From the NCBI RefSeq assembly GCF_057098645.1, contig NZ_CM169472.1: 64,000 nt of DNA. One strand, given 5' to 3'. A program made the translations under genes and the position numbers. Positions 23,402 through 35,237 of this stretch are shown in pieces. Within the stretch, counting starts at the first letter, position 1. Each line of letters opens with the position of its first letter. The notes under the pieces were generated by a model. It was not told where the DNA came from, did not search any database, and saw only the letters and a program-made list of their open reading frames with translations.

Positions 23402-24106
23402 ATGAACGATATTGCGCATAACCTGGCACAGGTCCGGGACAAAATCTCAGCGGCTGCAACGCGTTGCGGCCGTTCTCCAGAAGAAATTACGCTGCTTGCA
23501 GTCAGTAAAACAAAACCTGCGAGCGCCATCGCAGAAGCCATTGATGCCGGGCAGCGTCAATTTGGTGAAAACTACGTTCAGGAAGGGGTAGATAAAATTC
23601 GCCACTTTCAGGAACTGGGCGTAACAGGATTAGAATGGCATTTTATTGGCCCGTTGCAGTCTAATAAAAGCCGCCTGGTGGCAGAGCATTTCGACTGGTG
23701 TCATACCATCGACCGTTTGCGCATCGCTACCCGCCTCAACGATCAGCGCCCGGCAGAACTTCCCCCTCTTAACGTGCTGATTCAAATTAATATTAGTGAT
23801 GAAAACAGTAAGTCCGGGATTCAACTGGCAGAACTGGACGAGCTGGCAGCTGCGGTCGCTGAACTACCGCGTTTACGTCTGCGCGGGCTGATGGCAATCC
23901 CTGCGCCTGAGTCAGAATATGTAAGGCAGTTTGAAGTTGCACGCCAAATGGCTGTAGCATTTGCCGGACTGAAAACGCGCTACCCGCATATCGACACGCT
24001 CTCTCTGGGAATGTCGGACGATATGGAAGCCGCCATTGCGGCAGGTAGCACGATGGTTCGTATCGGCACTGCAATTTTTGGTGCGCGTGATTACTCTAAA
24101 AAATAA
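23402..24106 (+). CDS. yggS: PLP homeostasis protein (YggS/PLPBP family)
   Basis: 234-aa ORF; synteny yggS-yggT-yggU. Confidence 0.88.
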   Translation: MNDIAHNLAQVRDKISAAATRCGRSPEEITLLAVSKTKPASAIAEAIDAGQRQFGENYVQEGVDKIRHFQELGVTGLEWHFIGPLQSNKSRLVAEHFDWCHTIDRLRIATRLNDQRPAELPPLNVLIQINISDENSKSGIQLAELDELAAAVAELPRLRLRGLMAIPAPESEYVRQFEVARQMAVAFAGLKTRYPHIDTLSLGMSDDMEAAIAAGSTMVRIGTAIFGARDYSKK

Positions 24107-24123
24107 GGAATTAAAGGAACGCC

Positions 24124-24690
24124 ATGAATACGTTGACTTTCCTGCTTTCAACGGTCATTGAGCTGTATACCATGGTGCTGTTATTACGCATCTGGATGCA
24201 GTGGGCTCATTGTGATTTTTACAACCCCTTCTCACAGTTTGTAGTGAAGGTAACACAGCCAATTATCGGGCCACTGCGCCGCGTTATTCCGGCAATGGGA
24301 CCCATTGACAGCGCCTCGCTGCTGGTTGCCTATATTCTCAGTTTTATCAAAGCCATTGTGCTGTTTAAAGTGGTGACCTTCCTGCCAATCATCTGGATTG
24401 CCGGTTTACTGATTCTGCTGAAAACCATCGGCCTGCTGATTTTCTGGGTCCTGCTGGTGATGGCGATTATGAGCTGGGTAAGCCAGGGTCGTAGCCCGAT
24501 TGAATACGTGCTGATTCAGCTGGCCGATCCGCTGCTGCGCCCGATTCGCCGCCTGCTACCAGCAATGGGTGGGATTGATTTCTCGCCGATGATCCTCGTT
24601 CTGCTGCTGTATGTCATCAATATGGGTGTCGCAGAAGTATTACAGGCAACCGGAAACATGCTGCTGCCGGGGCTGTGGATGGCGTTATGA
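24124..24690 (+). CDS. yggT: YggT-family inner membrane protein
   Basis: 188-aa hydrophobic ORF. Confidence 0.85.
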
Positions 24691-24977
24691 GTGCCGTAAC
24701 AGTTAATGATGACGGTCTGGTTTTACGGCTCTATATTCAGCCGAAAGCCAGCCGTGATTCTATTGTCGGTTTACATGGCGACGAGGTAAAAGTCGCCATT
24801 ACCGCGCCACCGGTTGACGGTCAGGCCAACAGCCATCTGGTGAAGTTTCTCGGTAAGCAATTCCGGGTTGCCAAAAGCCTGGTGGTGATTGAAAAAGGCG
24901 AACTTGGCCGCCACAAACAAATTAAAATCATTAATCCGCAACAAATCCCGCCAGAAATCGCGGCGTTAATTAATTAG
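24687..24977 (+). CDS. yggU: UPF0235 protein YggU
   Basis: [24 protein letters not shown]..., 96 aa. Confidence 0.85.
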   Translation: MSAVTVNDDGLVLRLYIQPKASRDSIVGLHGDEVKVAITAPPVDGQANSHLVKFLGKQFRVAKSLVVIEKGELGRHKQIKIINPQQIPPEIAALIN

Positions 24978-24984
24978 GTATCCT

Positions 24985-25578
24985 ATGCAAAAAGTTGTCC
25001 TCGCAACCGGCAATGCCGGTAAAGTGCGTGAGCTGGCGTCGCTGCTTAGCGACTTCGGTCTTGATATCGTGGCCCAAACAGACCTCGGCGTAGATTCCGC
25101 TGAAGAAACCGGCCTGACCTTTATCGAAAACGCGATTCTGAAAGCGCGCCATGCGGCAAAAGTGACCGGTTTACCGGCAATTGCCGACGACTCCGGTCTG
25201 GCGGTAGATGTACTTGGCGGTGCGCCGGGGATTTACTCCGCGCGTTATTCCGGTGAAGACGCGACCGATCAAAAGAATCTGCAAAAACTGCTGGAAACAC
25301 TGAAAGACGTACCGGACGACCAACGTCAGGCGCGTTTCCACTGCGTGCTGGTATATCTGCGTCACGCGGAAGATCCGACTCCGCTGGTGTGCCACGGTAG
25401 TTGGCCGGGCATGATTACTCGTGAACCAGCGGGTACTGGCGGCTTTGGTTATGATCCAATCTTCTTCGTACCTTCCGAAGGGAAAACCGCTGCCGAACTG
25501 ACCCGCGAAGAAAAGAGCGCCATTTCCCACCGTGGTCAGGCATTGAAACTGCTGCTGGACGCTTTACGTAATGGTTAA
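24985..25578 (+). CDS. rdgB: dITP/XTP pyrophosphatase
   Basis: [21 protein letters not shown]..., 197 aa, Ham1 family. Confidence 0.92.
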   Translation: MQKVVLATGNAGKVRELASLLSDFGLDIVAQTDLGVDSAEETGLTFIENAILKARHAAKVTGLPAIADDSGLAVDVLGGAPGIYSARYSGEDATDQKNLQKLLETLKDVPDDQRQARFHCVLVYLRHAEDPTPLVCHGSWPGMITREPAGTGGFGYDPIFFVPSEGKTAAELTREEKSAISHRGQALKLLLDALRNG

Positions 25579-26707
25579 ATTACCGCCGCTGAGTCTCTAC
25601 ATTCACATCCCGTGGTGCGTGCAGAAATGCCCGTACTGCGATTTCAACTCTCACGCGTTGAAAGGAGAAGTGCCGCACGACGATTATGTTCAGCATCTGC
25701 TTTGCGATCTGGACAATGATGTGGCTTACGCTCAGGGCCGTGAAGTAAAGACAATCTTTATTGGCGGTGGTACGCCGAGCCTGCTTTCCGGCCCGGCGAT
25801 GCAAACGCTGCTGGACGGCGTGCGTGCGCGTTTGCCGCTGGCAGCGGATGCAGAAATTACTATGGAAGCGAACCCAGGCACGGTAGAAGCGGATCGCTTT
25901 GTCGATTATCAGCGTGCTGGTGTGAACCGCATCTCTATTGGTGTGCAGAGTTTTAGCGAAGAAAAGCTGAAACGACTTGGGCGTATTCATGGCCCGCAAG
26001 AAGCGAATCGAGCGGCAAAGCTGGCGAGCGGGCTGGGGCTGCGTAGCTTTAACCTTGATTTGATGCATGGGCTGCCGGATCAATCACTGGAAGAGGCGCT
26101 TGGCGATCTACGCCAGGCCATTGAACTGAATCCGCCGCATCTTTCCTGGTATCAACTGACCATCGAACCCAATACGCTGTTTGGTTCGCGACCACCGGTG
26201 CTGCCGGACGATGACGCGCTGTGGGATATTTTCGAACAGGGGCATCAGTTATTAACCGCAGCGGGTTATCAGCAATATGAAACTTCCGCTTACGCCAAAC
26301 CCGGTTATCAGTGCCAGCACAATCTCAACTACTGGCGATTTGGTGACTACATCGGTATTGGCTGCGGCGCGCACGGCAAAGTCACCTTCCCGGATGGTCG
26401 CATTCTGCGTACCACCAAAACGCGTCATCCGCGTGGTTTTATGCAAGGAAGGTATCTGGAAAGCCAGCGTGATGTCGAAGCCGCAGATAAGCCGTTTGAG
26501 TTCTTTATGAATCGCTTCCGTCTGCTGGAGGCCGCGCCGCGCATGGAGTTTAGCCAGTATACTGGCCTTTCTGAAGAAGTTATTCGCCCACAGTTAGAAG
26601 AGGCTATCGCTCAGGGTTATCTCACAGAATGTGCGGATTACTGGCAAATAACGGAACATGGGAAGCTGTTTTTAAATTCGCTGCTGGAGCTTTTTCTGGC
26701 GGAGTAA
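25571..26707 (+). CDS. hemW: Radical SAM heme chaperone HemW (YggW)
   Basis: CxxxCxxC radical-SAM motif ([10 protein letters not shown]), 378 aa. Confidence 0.9.
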   Translation: MVKLPPLSLYIHIPWCVQKCPYCDFNSHALKGEVPHDDYVQHLLCDLDNDVAYAQGREVKTIFIGGGTPSLLSGPAMQTLLDGVRARLPLAADAEITMEANPGTVEADRFVDYQRAGVNRISIGVQSFSEEKLKRLGRIHGPQEANRAAKLASGLGLRSFNLDLMHGLPDQSLEEALGDLRQAIELNPPHLSWYQLTIEPNTLFGSRPPVLPDDDALWDIFEQGHQLLTAAGYQQYETSAYAKPGYQCQHNLNYWRFGDYIGIGCGAHGKVTFPDGRILRTTKTRHPRGFMQGRYLESQRDVEAADKPFEFFMNRFRLLEAAPRMEFSQYTGLSEEVIRPQLEEAIAQGYLTECADYWQITEHGKLFLNSLLELFLAE

Positions 26708-26714
26708 ATTTGTA

Positions 26715-26752
26715 TTGCCGGATGCGGCGTGCGTGTACGCAGCATCCGGCCA
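26715..26752. repeat. REP element
   Basis: ttgccggatgcggcgtgcgtgtacgcagcatccggcca palindrome. Confidence 0.7.
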
Positions 26753-26775
26753 CAACTCATGCGTTATCGCAAAAA

Positions 26776-27783
26776 TTACTTAATCACCCCATTGCGCCGC
26801 AGTTGTTCGGTATCTTTTTTCCAGCGTTCATTAGCCTGGTTGATATCGTCAATTTTCATCAAAATCGCGACTTTTTTACTGTTTATTTCTGAAACTTTCA
26901 TCGTTAAAGGATATTGCCCTTTTTCGAGCGTTATCCAGTCATCCTGCAATTTACGGCTAAGTTTTTGTGATTGCAGAAAAGTCTGTCGCCGTTGTTCGTT
27001 GATATCGAAATCTCGCTTCTGCTGAATCGGCACTTCATAACACTCTTCACTCTGTTTATGACATGCCGCAATCGCCGGTTGATAAACCTCTTTGTCATAT
27101 TTAACCGCGAACGCCTCGCTATCATTCTGTTTATTAAACTCATCACGCTGTTGGTGAATTTTTTTAAAGGCGTCTTCGCGGGTCATTTGCTTACCGTTTG
27201 CATCTTTTCCCCAATATGCATCCGCTGCTTTCTGCGCCGCCACCATTTGCTTATCAAGCGCTTTCACTTCCTTTTCCAGCGCAGGAATCGAGTTCTTCTG
27301 GGTATTCAACGCAGACTCAAGCTGACTAAAGCGATAATTGAAATCTTCGCTATTCACGATCAGATATTTATTATTCGTTTTGATATCGTCGACCACCCGC
27401 CCACGATCGCTGGCTGCCGCCTGAAAAGAGTAAAAGTTCACCGACCAGCCAGACGCGGGCGTTCCTTTACTGGTTAACATCGCCGAGAATTTTACCGGTT
27501 TATCTTTCGTCCAGGTCTGTTCGAGCAGTTCGTAATCTGCCAACTGACCGACCCAGGTATAGAGATCGTCACTGGAAGAGACATCGCCTTCCGCTGACCA
27601 GGTGGCCTGATTACCCTTAGCATCAAGATTTTTTAAGGTGATGGCATCAAGCTTGAGAATGCCGTGATACTGCTTTTTGAATTGAGCTTTTAAGATATTT
27701 TCAGTTGGCGGTTCGCCATCTGCCCAGACATTACCAGTCATCAACACAAGCAGCGCCGTGCCAACAATCCATTGCTTTTTCAC
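26776..27783 (-). CDS. yggM: Secreted protein YggM (DUF1202-like)
   Basis: 335-aa ORF with signal peptide; synteny upstream of ansB. Confidence 0.8.
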   Translation of the reverse strand: MKKQWIVGTALLVLMTGNVWADGEPPTENILKAQFKKQYHGILKLDAITLKNLDAKGNQATWSAEGDVSSSDDLYTWVGQLADYELLEQTWTKDKPVKFSAMLTSKGTPASGWSVNFYSFQAAASDRGRVVDDIKTNNKYLIVNSEDFNYRFSQLESALNTQKNSIPALEKEVKALDKQMVAAQKAADAYWGKDANGKQMTREDAFKKIHQQRDEFNKQNDSEAFAVKYDKEVYQPAIAACHKQSEECYEVPIQQKRDFDINEQRRQTFLQSQKLSRKLQDDWITLEKGQYPLTMKVSEINSKKVAILMKIDDINQANERWKKDTEQLRRNGVIK

Positions 27784-27899
27784 CCGAAAACCCTCGCGCG
27801 GAATAATTTATTCCGGTGATTATCATCAGGGTAATAAAAATTGGCAATGGACGTAAGTCTGAAGTGTAAAAGCCCCGGCACGATACCGGGGCGAGGTGG

Positions 27900-28946
27900 T
27901 TAGTACTGATTGAAGATCTGCTGGATCTGCTGCGGATCTTTGGTTTGCGTCAGAGCCAGTTGCAGCAGAACGCGCGCTTTTTGCGGGTTCAACGTGCCAG
28001 AGGCGACGAAGCCGTATTTCGCATCATCCACTTCGGCATCCTGAGTGGTAGCGCCCGTCGGTACGCGGGAAGAACGCACGACTGCAGTGCCGTTTTTCGC
28101 GGCGGTCGCCAGAGTGTCAAATACGGTTTTATACAGGTTGCCGTTACCCACACCAGCGCTAACGATGCCATCATAGCCCGCATCTACCAGTGCTTTAGCC
28201 GGAAGATCGGATGCGTTAGCGTAGTTATAAACAATGCCGACTTTCGGCAGTTCATTCAGCTTAGAGACATCGAACGGCGTGTCGCTGGTGTGCTTACGTG
28301 CCGGGGTACGTTGGTAGTCAATCTTACCGTTGTGAATGTAACCCAGAGGACCGTAGTTAACAGACTTGAAGGTCGCTACGTCGGTGGTGTTGGTTTTGGT
28401 GACATCCCGCCCATCCAGTACGGTGTCGTTCATCACCACCAGCACGCCACGATTAGCGGAGGCTTTATCAGCTGCAGTCACTACCGCGTTATACAGGTTG
28501 AATGGACCGTCTGCGCTCATGGACGTGGACGGGCGCATTGCGCCGACCATCACCACCGGTTTGTCGCATTTCACCGTCAGGTCGAGGAAGTAAGCGGTTT
28601 CTTCCATCGTGTCGGTACCGTGAGTAATGACGAAACCGTCGGTTTTATCGCAGTCGGTGTTAATTTTTTTCGCCAGTGTCAGCCAGACATCATCGTTCAT
28701 GTTCTGGGAGCCGATATTCACTACCTGCTCGCCTTTAACGTTCGCAATGTCCTTCAGTTGCGGCACCGCATTAACCAGATTTTCTACGCCAACTTTACCC
28801 GCTGTGTAGTTAGATTTGGTTGCGGAGTCACCACCACCGGCAATGGTCCCGCCGGTTGCTAAAATGGTGATATTGGGTAATGCCAATGCTGCACCACTAA
28901 AACCCATAACCAGTGCGGCAAGTGCCGTCTTTTTGAAAAACTCCAT
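27900..28946 (-). CDS. ansB: Periplasmic L-asparaginase II
   Basis: MEFFKKTALAALVMGFSGAALALPNITILATGGTIAGGG..., 348 aa. Confidence 0.95.
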   Translation of the reverse strand: MEFFKKTALAALVMGFSGAALALPNITILATGGTIAGGGDSATKSNYTAGKVGVENLVNAVPQLKDIANVKGEQVVNIGSQNMNDDVWLTLAKKINTDCDKTDGFVITHGTDTMEETAYFLDLTVKCDKPVVMVGAMRPSTSMSADGPFNLYNAVVTAADKASANRGVLVVMNDTVLDGRDVTKTNTTDVATFKSVNYGPLGYIHNGKIDYQRTPARKHTSDTPFDVSKLNELPKVGIVYNYANASDLPAKALVDAGYDGIVSAGVGNGNLYKTVFDTLATAAKNGTAVVRSSRVPTGATTQDAEVDDAKYGFVASGTLNPQKARVLLQLALTQTKDPQQIQQIFNQY

Positions 28947-29121
28947 TTCATTCCTCCAGTTACGTGAACGCTACGCATTATCCCTTAGCTTTGCATGGGA
29001 AATTTGACGTTAAACAATTTACAACGTGAATATATTTTGGAGATCTACAAAGTTAGAGGCAGGTAACAAAACGAAGAATTAAACGGCATAAAAAAGTATT
29101 ATACCGTCTTAAAATAGAGGA

Positions 29122-29841
29122 TTATTTTAAATTCCCGACCAGGGCTTTGCGGCTATCTTCCAGAGTCACAACGCGGCTACAAACATCTTTGCCAAACTGC
29201 TGGAAATCTTTTTCCTGCTTTTTCCACTCGGTTTGGATTGAGGATTGCAGACCGCCCAGACTTCCCAGCACATTCTGTAATGGGTTGCCGCCGCTTTTCA
29301 GCACCGCTTTCGCGCCCATTTCATTAATGCTGTCCTGTAAAATTCCGCCCATTGCCTGATTCACTAATTGCTGGCCTTCAGCGCGAACCTGATCAATGGC
29401 TTTATAGTGGAACGTCAGGCCATCGCTGCGCGTTTCGATAATACGGTTCATCTGCTCTTTCAGCTGCGCATCAAGTTTGGTCAGACGGCTGCGCATTTTG
29501 CTGCTTTCGCCCATCTCCTGAACGATAATTTTATCCAGAGCAATACGGGCTTTCTCGACGCGGCTTTTCGCGCCTTCATCAATCCACGGCAGCGTGCTAC
29601 GTAGTTCAGCCTGATAATCCTTCGCCTGCTCGCGCTGGGCGGCATTCAGGGAATATTGCTTACCGTTATACATCACGTTGCCGTCTGGCGTGATCACCAG
29701 ATTGCCGTTTTCGCCCTTCACCTGCACGGTTTGCGGGCTGACAATCACATCGTCACGCGGCGTGACGCTGCACTGGTAGTCGGCGTGAGCGGTCATTGCC
29801 GTCACTGAAAGTGCTGCCGCCAGCAGCATTTTGCGCATCAT
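29122..29841 (-). CDS. yggN: DUF2884 periplasmic protein YggN
   Basis: 239-aa ORF with signal peptide; synteny. Confidence 0.8.
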   Translation of the reverse strand: MMRKMLLAAALSVTAMTAHADYQCSVTPRDDVIVSPQTVQVKGENGNLVITPDGNVMYNGKQYSLNAAQREQAKDYQAELRSTLPWIDEGAKSRVEKARIALDKIIVQEMGESSKMRSRLTKLDAQLKEQMNRIIETRSDGLTFHYKAIDQVRAEGQQLVNQAMGGILQDSINEMGAKAVLKSGGNPLQNVLGSLGGLQSSIQTEWKKQEKDFQQFGKDVCSRVVTLEDSRKALVGNLK

Positions 29842-29912
29842 AGTCTTCCCTCAAGAACAAATCAGGCCAGCATTTGCTGGCCCCAGATTGATAACAAAGT
29901 ACGCGTTTTCCA

Positions 29913-29995
29913 TGCCGGATGCGGCGTAAACGCCTTATCCCGCCTACTCGATCGTGCATCTTTGTAGGCATGATAAGCGTAGCGCATCAGGCAGT
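29913..29995. repeat. REP/BIME elements
   Basis: tgccggatgcggcgtaaacgccttatcccgcctac and a second palindromic unit. Confidence 0.75.
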
Positions 29996-30024
29996 TTTGC
30001 ATTTGTCATCGCCCGTATGCTTTC

Positions 30025-30351
30025 TTAGTCCCACCAAACGTCGAAAAGTTCGCTGGTGCGTACCTCATCCAGTTTGCGCTCTTCCAGCCACTTACGCACA
30101 ATCGCCTGATGTTCTTCGGTGCATTTGCCGATTTCCTGCATGCAGATCAGACCTTCCCAGGCCAGATAACCGCTGCCGTCAAAGGCCAGTTTGTTCGGTT
30201 CGATAACCTCATTAATAAAATCATCAACGGTTTTATCAATCTGTTCTTCCGATGTACCTTCCGGGAATCGCCATGCCACCGAAAATCCTAATTCCTGGAA
30301 TTCGTCGATGTGCATTTTTTTACGCAGACGACGGCTACGGTTCTTTGCCAT
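30025..30351 (-). CDS. yggL: DUF469 protein YggL
   Basis: [23 protein letters not shown]..., 108 aa; ATG overlaps the trmB stop. Confidence 0.85.
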   Translation of the reverse strand: MAKNRSRRLRKKMHIDEFQELGFSVAWRFPEGTSEEQIDKTVDDFINEVIEPNKLAFDGSGYLAWEGLICMQEIGKCTEEHQAIVRKWLEERKLDEVRTSELFDVWWD

Positions 30352-31070
30352 TATTTCACCCTCTCGAACATTAAGTCCCATACTCCGTGACCAAGACGAT
30401 GACCACGTTGTTCAAATTTCGTCACCGGACGTGATGCCGGACGCGGTACGTAATCATTGCTCTCTGACAGGTTTTTATAACCGTCAATAGAAGACATCAC
30501 TTCAAGCATATGTTCCGCATAAGGTTCCCAGTCGGTCGCCATATGGAATACGCCCCCCAGCTGCAGTTTGCTTTTTACCAGTTCGGCAAACGGCACCTGA
30601 ACGATACGGCGTTTATTATGGCGCGCTTTGTGCCACGGGTCAGGGAAAAAGAGCTGCACCATGCGCAATGAATTGTCAGGAATCATTTTATGCAGCACTT
30701 CAACCGCATCGTGACACATCACGCGCAGGTTGCTTAAGCCCTCTTCATGCGCAGAAGCCAGGCACGCACCAACGCCCGGTGAATGCACTTCAATGCCGAA
30801 GAAGTCCTGCTCGGGGCGATCTTTAGCCATTGCCACCAGCGACGCCCCCATGCCAAAACCAATCTCAAGCGTCACCGGCGCTTCACGGCCAAAAAGCGCG
30901 GGGAAATCCAGCATATCTTCGCTGAACTCAACGCCCATCACCGGCCAGTAGTTTTCCAGCGCATGTTCCTGGCCTTTGGTCAGTCGCCCCTGGCGGCGCA
31001 CAAAACTACGGATACGGCGCAGTGGGCGGCCGTTTTCATCAAATTCCGGTGAAATGACGTCGTTTTTCAT
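30351..31070 (-). CDS. trmB: tRNA (guanine46-N7)-methyltransferase
   Basis: 239-aa SAM-dependent methyltransferase ORF; synteny with mutY. Confidence 0.9.
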   Translation of the reverse strand: MKNDVISPEFDENGRPLRRIRSFVRRQGRLTKGQEHALENYWPVMGVEFSEDMLDFPALFGREAPVTLEIGFGMGASLVAMAKDRPEQDFFGIEVHSPGVGACLASAHEEGLSNLRVMCHDAVEVLHKMIPDNSLRMVQLFFPDPWHKARHNKRRIVQVPFAELVKSKLQLGGVFHMATDWEPYAEHMLEVMSSIDGYKNLSESNDYVPRPASRPVTKFEQRGHRLGHGVWDLMFERVK

Positions 31071-31230
31071 AAAGATTTAGTCGCTTGTGAAAGTGTTCTG
31101 AAAACGGGCATTATCCAAAGTTAGTTGCCGGATGCAAGCATGATAAGGCCGTGGCTGCGGAAAGTTCCGGTTTACACCCTGCCGTCGCTGTGCTGCAATC
31201 TGGCCCCCAACAACAGTGAATTCGGTGACC

Positions 31231-32283
31231 ATGCAAGCGTCGCAATTTTCAGCCCAGGTTCTGGACTGGTACGATAAATACGGGCGAAAAACTCTGCCCT
31301 GGCAAATTGACAAGACGCCCTACAAAGTATGGCTATCAGAAGTGATGTTGCAACAAACTCAGGTTGCGACCGTTATCCCCTATTTTGAACGCTTTATGGC
31401 GCGCTTCCCGACGGTGACCGATCTCGCCAATGCGCCGCTCGACGAAGTTCTCCACTTGTGGACCGGGCTTGGCTATTACGCCCGCGCGCGCAATCTGCAT
31501 AAAGCGGCACAACAAGTGGCGACCTTACACGGCGGTAAATTCCCGGAAACCTTTGAGGAAGTTGCAGCACTGCCGGGCGTCGGGCGTTCCACCGCAGGCG
31601 CGATTCTCTCGCTTTCTCTGGGTAAGCACTTTCCGATTCTCGACGGTAACGTCAAACGGGTGCTGGCGCGCTGCTATGCTGTAAGCGGCTGGTCTGGGAA
31701 AAAAGAGGTCGAGAATAAATTATGGAGTTTGAGCGAGCAGGTGACGCCCGCGGTCGGCGTGGAACGGTTTAATCAGGCGATGATGGATTTGGGCGCGATG
31801 ATTTGCACGCGTTCGAAGCCGAAATGTTCGCTCTGTCCGCTACAAAACGGATGTATTGCCGCCACCAACAATAGCTGGTCGCTTTATCCGGGCAAAAAAC
31901 CGAAACAGACGCTGCCGGAGCGCACCGGCTACTTTCTCCTGTTACAGCACGAAGATGAAGTATTGCTGGCGCAGCGTCCGCCGAGCGGATTGTGGGGCGG
32001 TTTATACTGTTTCCCGCAGTTTGCCGACGAAGAAAGTTTGCGGCAGTGGCTGGCGCAACGGCAGATTGCTGCCGATAACCTGACGCAGCTGACCGCGTTT
32101 CGGCATACCTTCAGCCATTTCCACTTAGATATTGTGCCTATGTGGCTTCCCGTGTCGTCATTCACCGGCTGCATGGATGAAGGCAATGCGCTCTGGTATA
32201 ACTTAGCGCAACCGCCGTCAGTTGGCCTGGCGGCTCCCGTGGAGCGTTTGTTACAGCAGTTACGCACTGGCGCGCCGGTTTAG
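31231..32283 (+). CDS. mutY: Adenine DNA glycosylase
   Basis: [25 protein letters not shown]...; HhH-GPD and 4Fe-4S cluster Cys motif; 350 aa. Confidence 0.95.
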   Translation: MQASQFSAQVLDWYDKYGRKTLPWQIDKTPYKVWLSEVMLQQTQVATVIPYFERFMARFPTVTDLANAPLDEVLHLWTGLGYYARARNLHKAAQQVATLHGGKFPETFEEVAALPGVGRSTAGAILSLSLGKHFPILDGNVKRVLARCYAVSGWSGKKEVENKLWSLSEQVTPAVGVERFNQAMMDLGAMICTRSKPKCSLCPLQNGCIAATNNSWSLYPGKKPKQTLPERTGYFLLLQHEDEVLLAQRPPSGLWGGLYCFPQFADEESLRQWLAQRQIAADNLTQLTAFRHTFSHFHLDIVPMWLPVSSFTGCMDEGNALWYNLAQPPSVGLAAPVERLLQQLRTGAPV

Positions 32284-32307
32284 CGCGTGAGTCGATAAAG
32301 AGGATGA

Positions 32308-32586
<279 letters not shown>

Positions 32587-32623
32587 AAACAGTGCCGGAG
32601 CACGCCTCCGGCAGCTTGCTTAA

Positions 32624-33730
<1,107 letters not shown>

Positions 33731-33931
33731 TTCCATTAACCGCCCCTGACGATGCTCAGGGGCAAAAATGTTATCCACATCACAATTTCGTTTTGCAAAT
33801 TGGGAATGTTTGCAATTATTTGCCACAGGTAACAAAAAACCAGTCCGCGAAGTTGATAGAATCCCATCATCTCGCACGGTCAAATGTGCTTTTTCAAACA
33901 CTCATCCGCATCACGATGTGAGGAAATTAAC

Positions 33932-35188
33932 ATGAATCTTAAGCTGCAGCTGAAAATCCTCTCTTTTCTGCAGTTCTGTCTGTGGGGAAGTTGGCTGACG
34001 ACCCTCGGCTCCTATATGTTTGTTACCCTGAAGTTTGACGGTGCTTCTATTGGCGCAGTTTATAGTTCACTGGGTATCGCCGCGGTCTTTATGCCTGCGC
34101 TGCTGGGGATTGTGGCCGACAAATGGTTAAGTGCGAAATGGGTATATGCCATTTGCCACACCATTGGCGCTATCACGCTGTTCATGGCGGCACAGGTCAC
34201 GACGCCGGAAGCGATGTTCCTTGTGATATTGATTAACTCGTTTGCTTATATGCCAACGCTTGGGTTAATCAACACCATCTCTTACTATCGCCTGCAAAAT
34301 GCCGGGATGGATATCGTTACTGACTTCCCGCCAATCCGTATCTGGGGCACCATCGGCTTTATCATGGCAATGTGGGTGGTGAGCCTGTCTGGCTTCGAAT
34401 TAAGCCACATGCAGCTGTATATTGGCGCAGCACTTTCCGCCATTCTGGTTCTGTTTACCCTGACTCTGCCGCATATTCCGGTTGCTAAACAGCAAGCGAA
34501 TCAGAGCTGGACAACCCTGCTGGGCCTCGATGCATTCGCGCTGTTTAAAAACAAGCGTATGGCAATCTTCTTCATCTTCTCAATGCTGCTGGGCGCGGAA
34601 CTGCAGATTACCAACATGTTCGGTAATACCTTCCTGCACAGCTTCGACAAAGATCCGATGTTTGCCAGCAGCTTTATTGTGCAGCATGCGTCAATCATCA
34701 TGTCGATTTCGCAGATCTCTGAAACCCTGTTCATTCTGACCATCCCGTTCTTCTTAAGCCGCTACGGTATTAAGAACGTAATGATGATCAGTATTGTGGC
34801 GTGGATCCTGCGTTTTGCGCTGTTTGCTTACGGCGACCCGACTCCGTTCGGTACTGTACTGCTGGTACTGTCGATGATCGTTTACGGTTGCGCATTCGAC
34901 TTCTTCAACATCTCTGGTTCGGTGTTTGTCGAAAAAGAAGTTAGCCCGGCAATTCGCGCCAGTGCACAAGGGATGTTCCTGATGATGACTAACGGCTTCG
35001 GCTGTATCCTCGGCGGCATCGTGAGCGGTAAAGTTGTTGAGATGTACACCCAAAACGGCATTACCGACTGGCAGACCGTATGGTTGATTTTCGCTGGTTA
35101 CTCCGTGGTTCTGGCCTTCGCGTTCATGGCGATGTTCAAATATAAACACGTTCGTGTCCCGACAGGTACACAGACGGTTAGCCACTAA
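33932..35188 (+). CDS. nupG: Nucleoside:H+ symporter
   Basis: MNLKLQLKILSFLQFCLWGSWLTTLGSYMF..., 418 aa. Confidence 0.93.
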   Translation: MNLKLQLKILSFLQFCLWGSWLTTLGSYMFVTLKFDGASIGAVYSSLGIAAVFMPALLGIVADKWLSAKWVYAICHTIGAITLFMAAQVTTPEAMFLVILINSFAYMPTLGLINTISYYRLQNAGMDIVTDFPPIRIWGTIGFIMAMWVVSLSGFELSHMQLYIGAALSAILVLFTLTLPHIPVAKQQANQSWTTLLGLDAFALFKNKRMAIFFIFSMLLGAELQITNMFGNTFLHSFDKDPMFASSFIVQHASIIMSISQISETLFILTIPFFLSRYGIKNVMMISIVAWILRFALFAYGDPTPFGTVLLVLSMIVYGCAFDFFNISGSVFVEKEVSPAIRASAQGMFLMMTNGFGCILGGIVSGKVVEMYTQNGITDWQTVWLIFAGYSVVLAFAFMAMFKYKHVRVPTGTQTVSH

Positions 35189-35200
35189 TTACGCAAAGAA

Positions 35201-35231
35201 AAACGGGTCGCCAGAAGGCGACCCGTTTTTT
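35201..35231 (+). terminator. Intrinsic terminator downstream of nupG
   Basis: aaacgggtcgccagaaggcgacccgtttttttt hairpin plus T-run. Confidence 0.85.
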
Positions 35232-35237
35232 TTATTC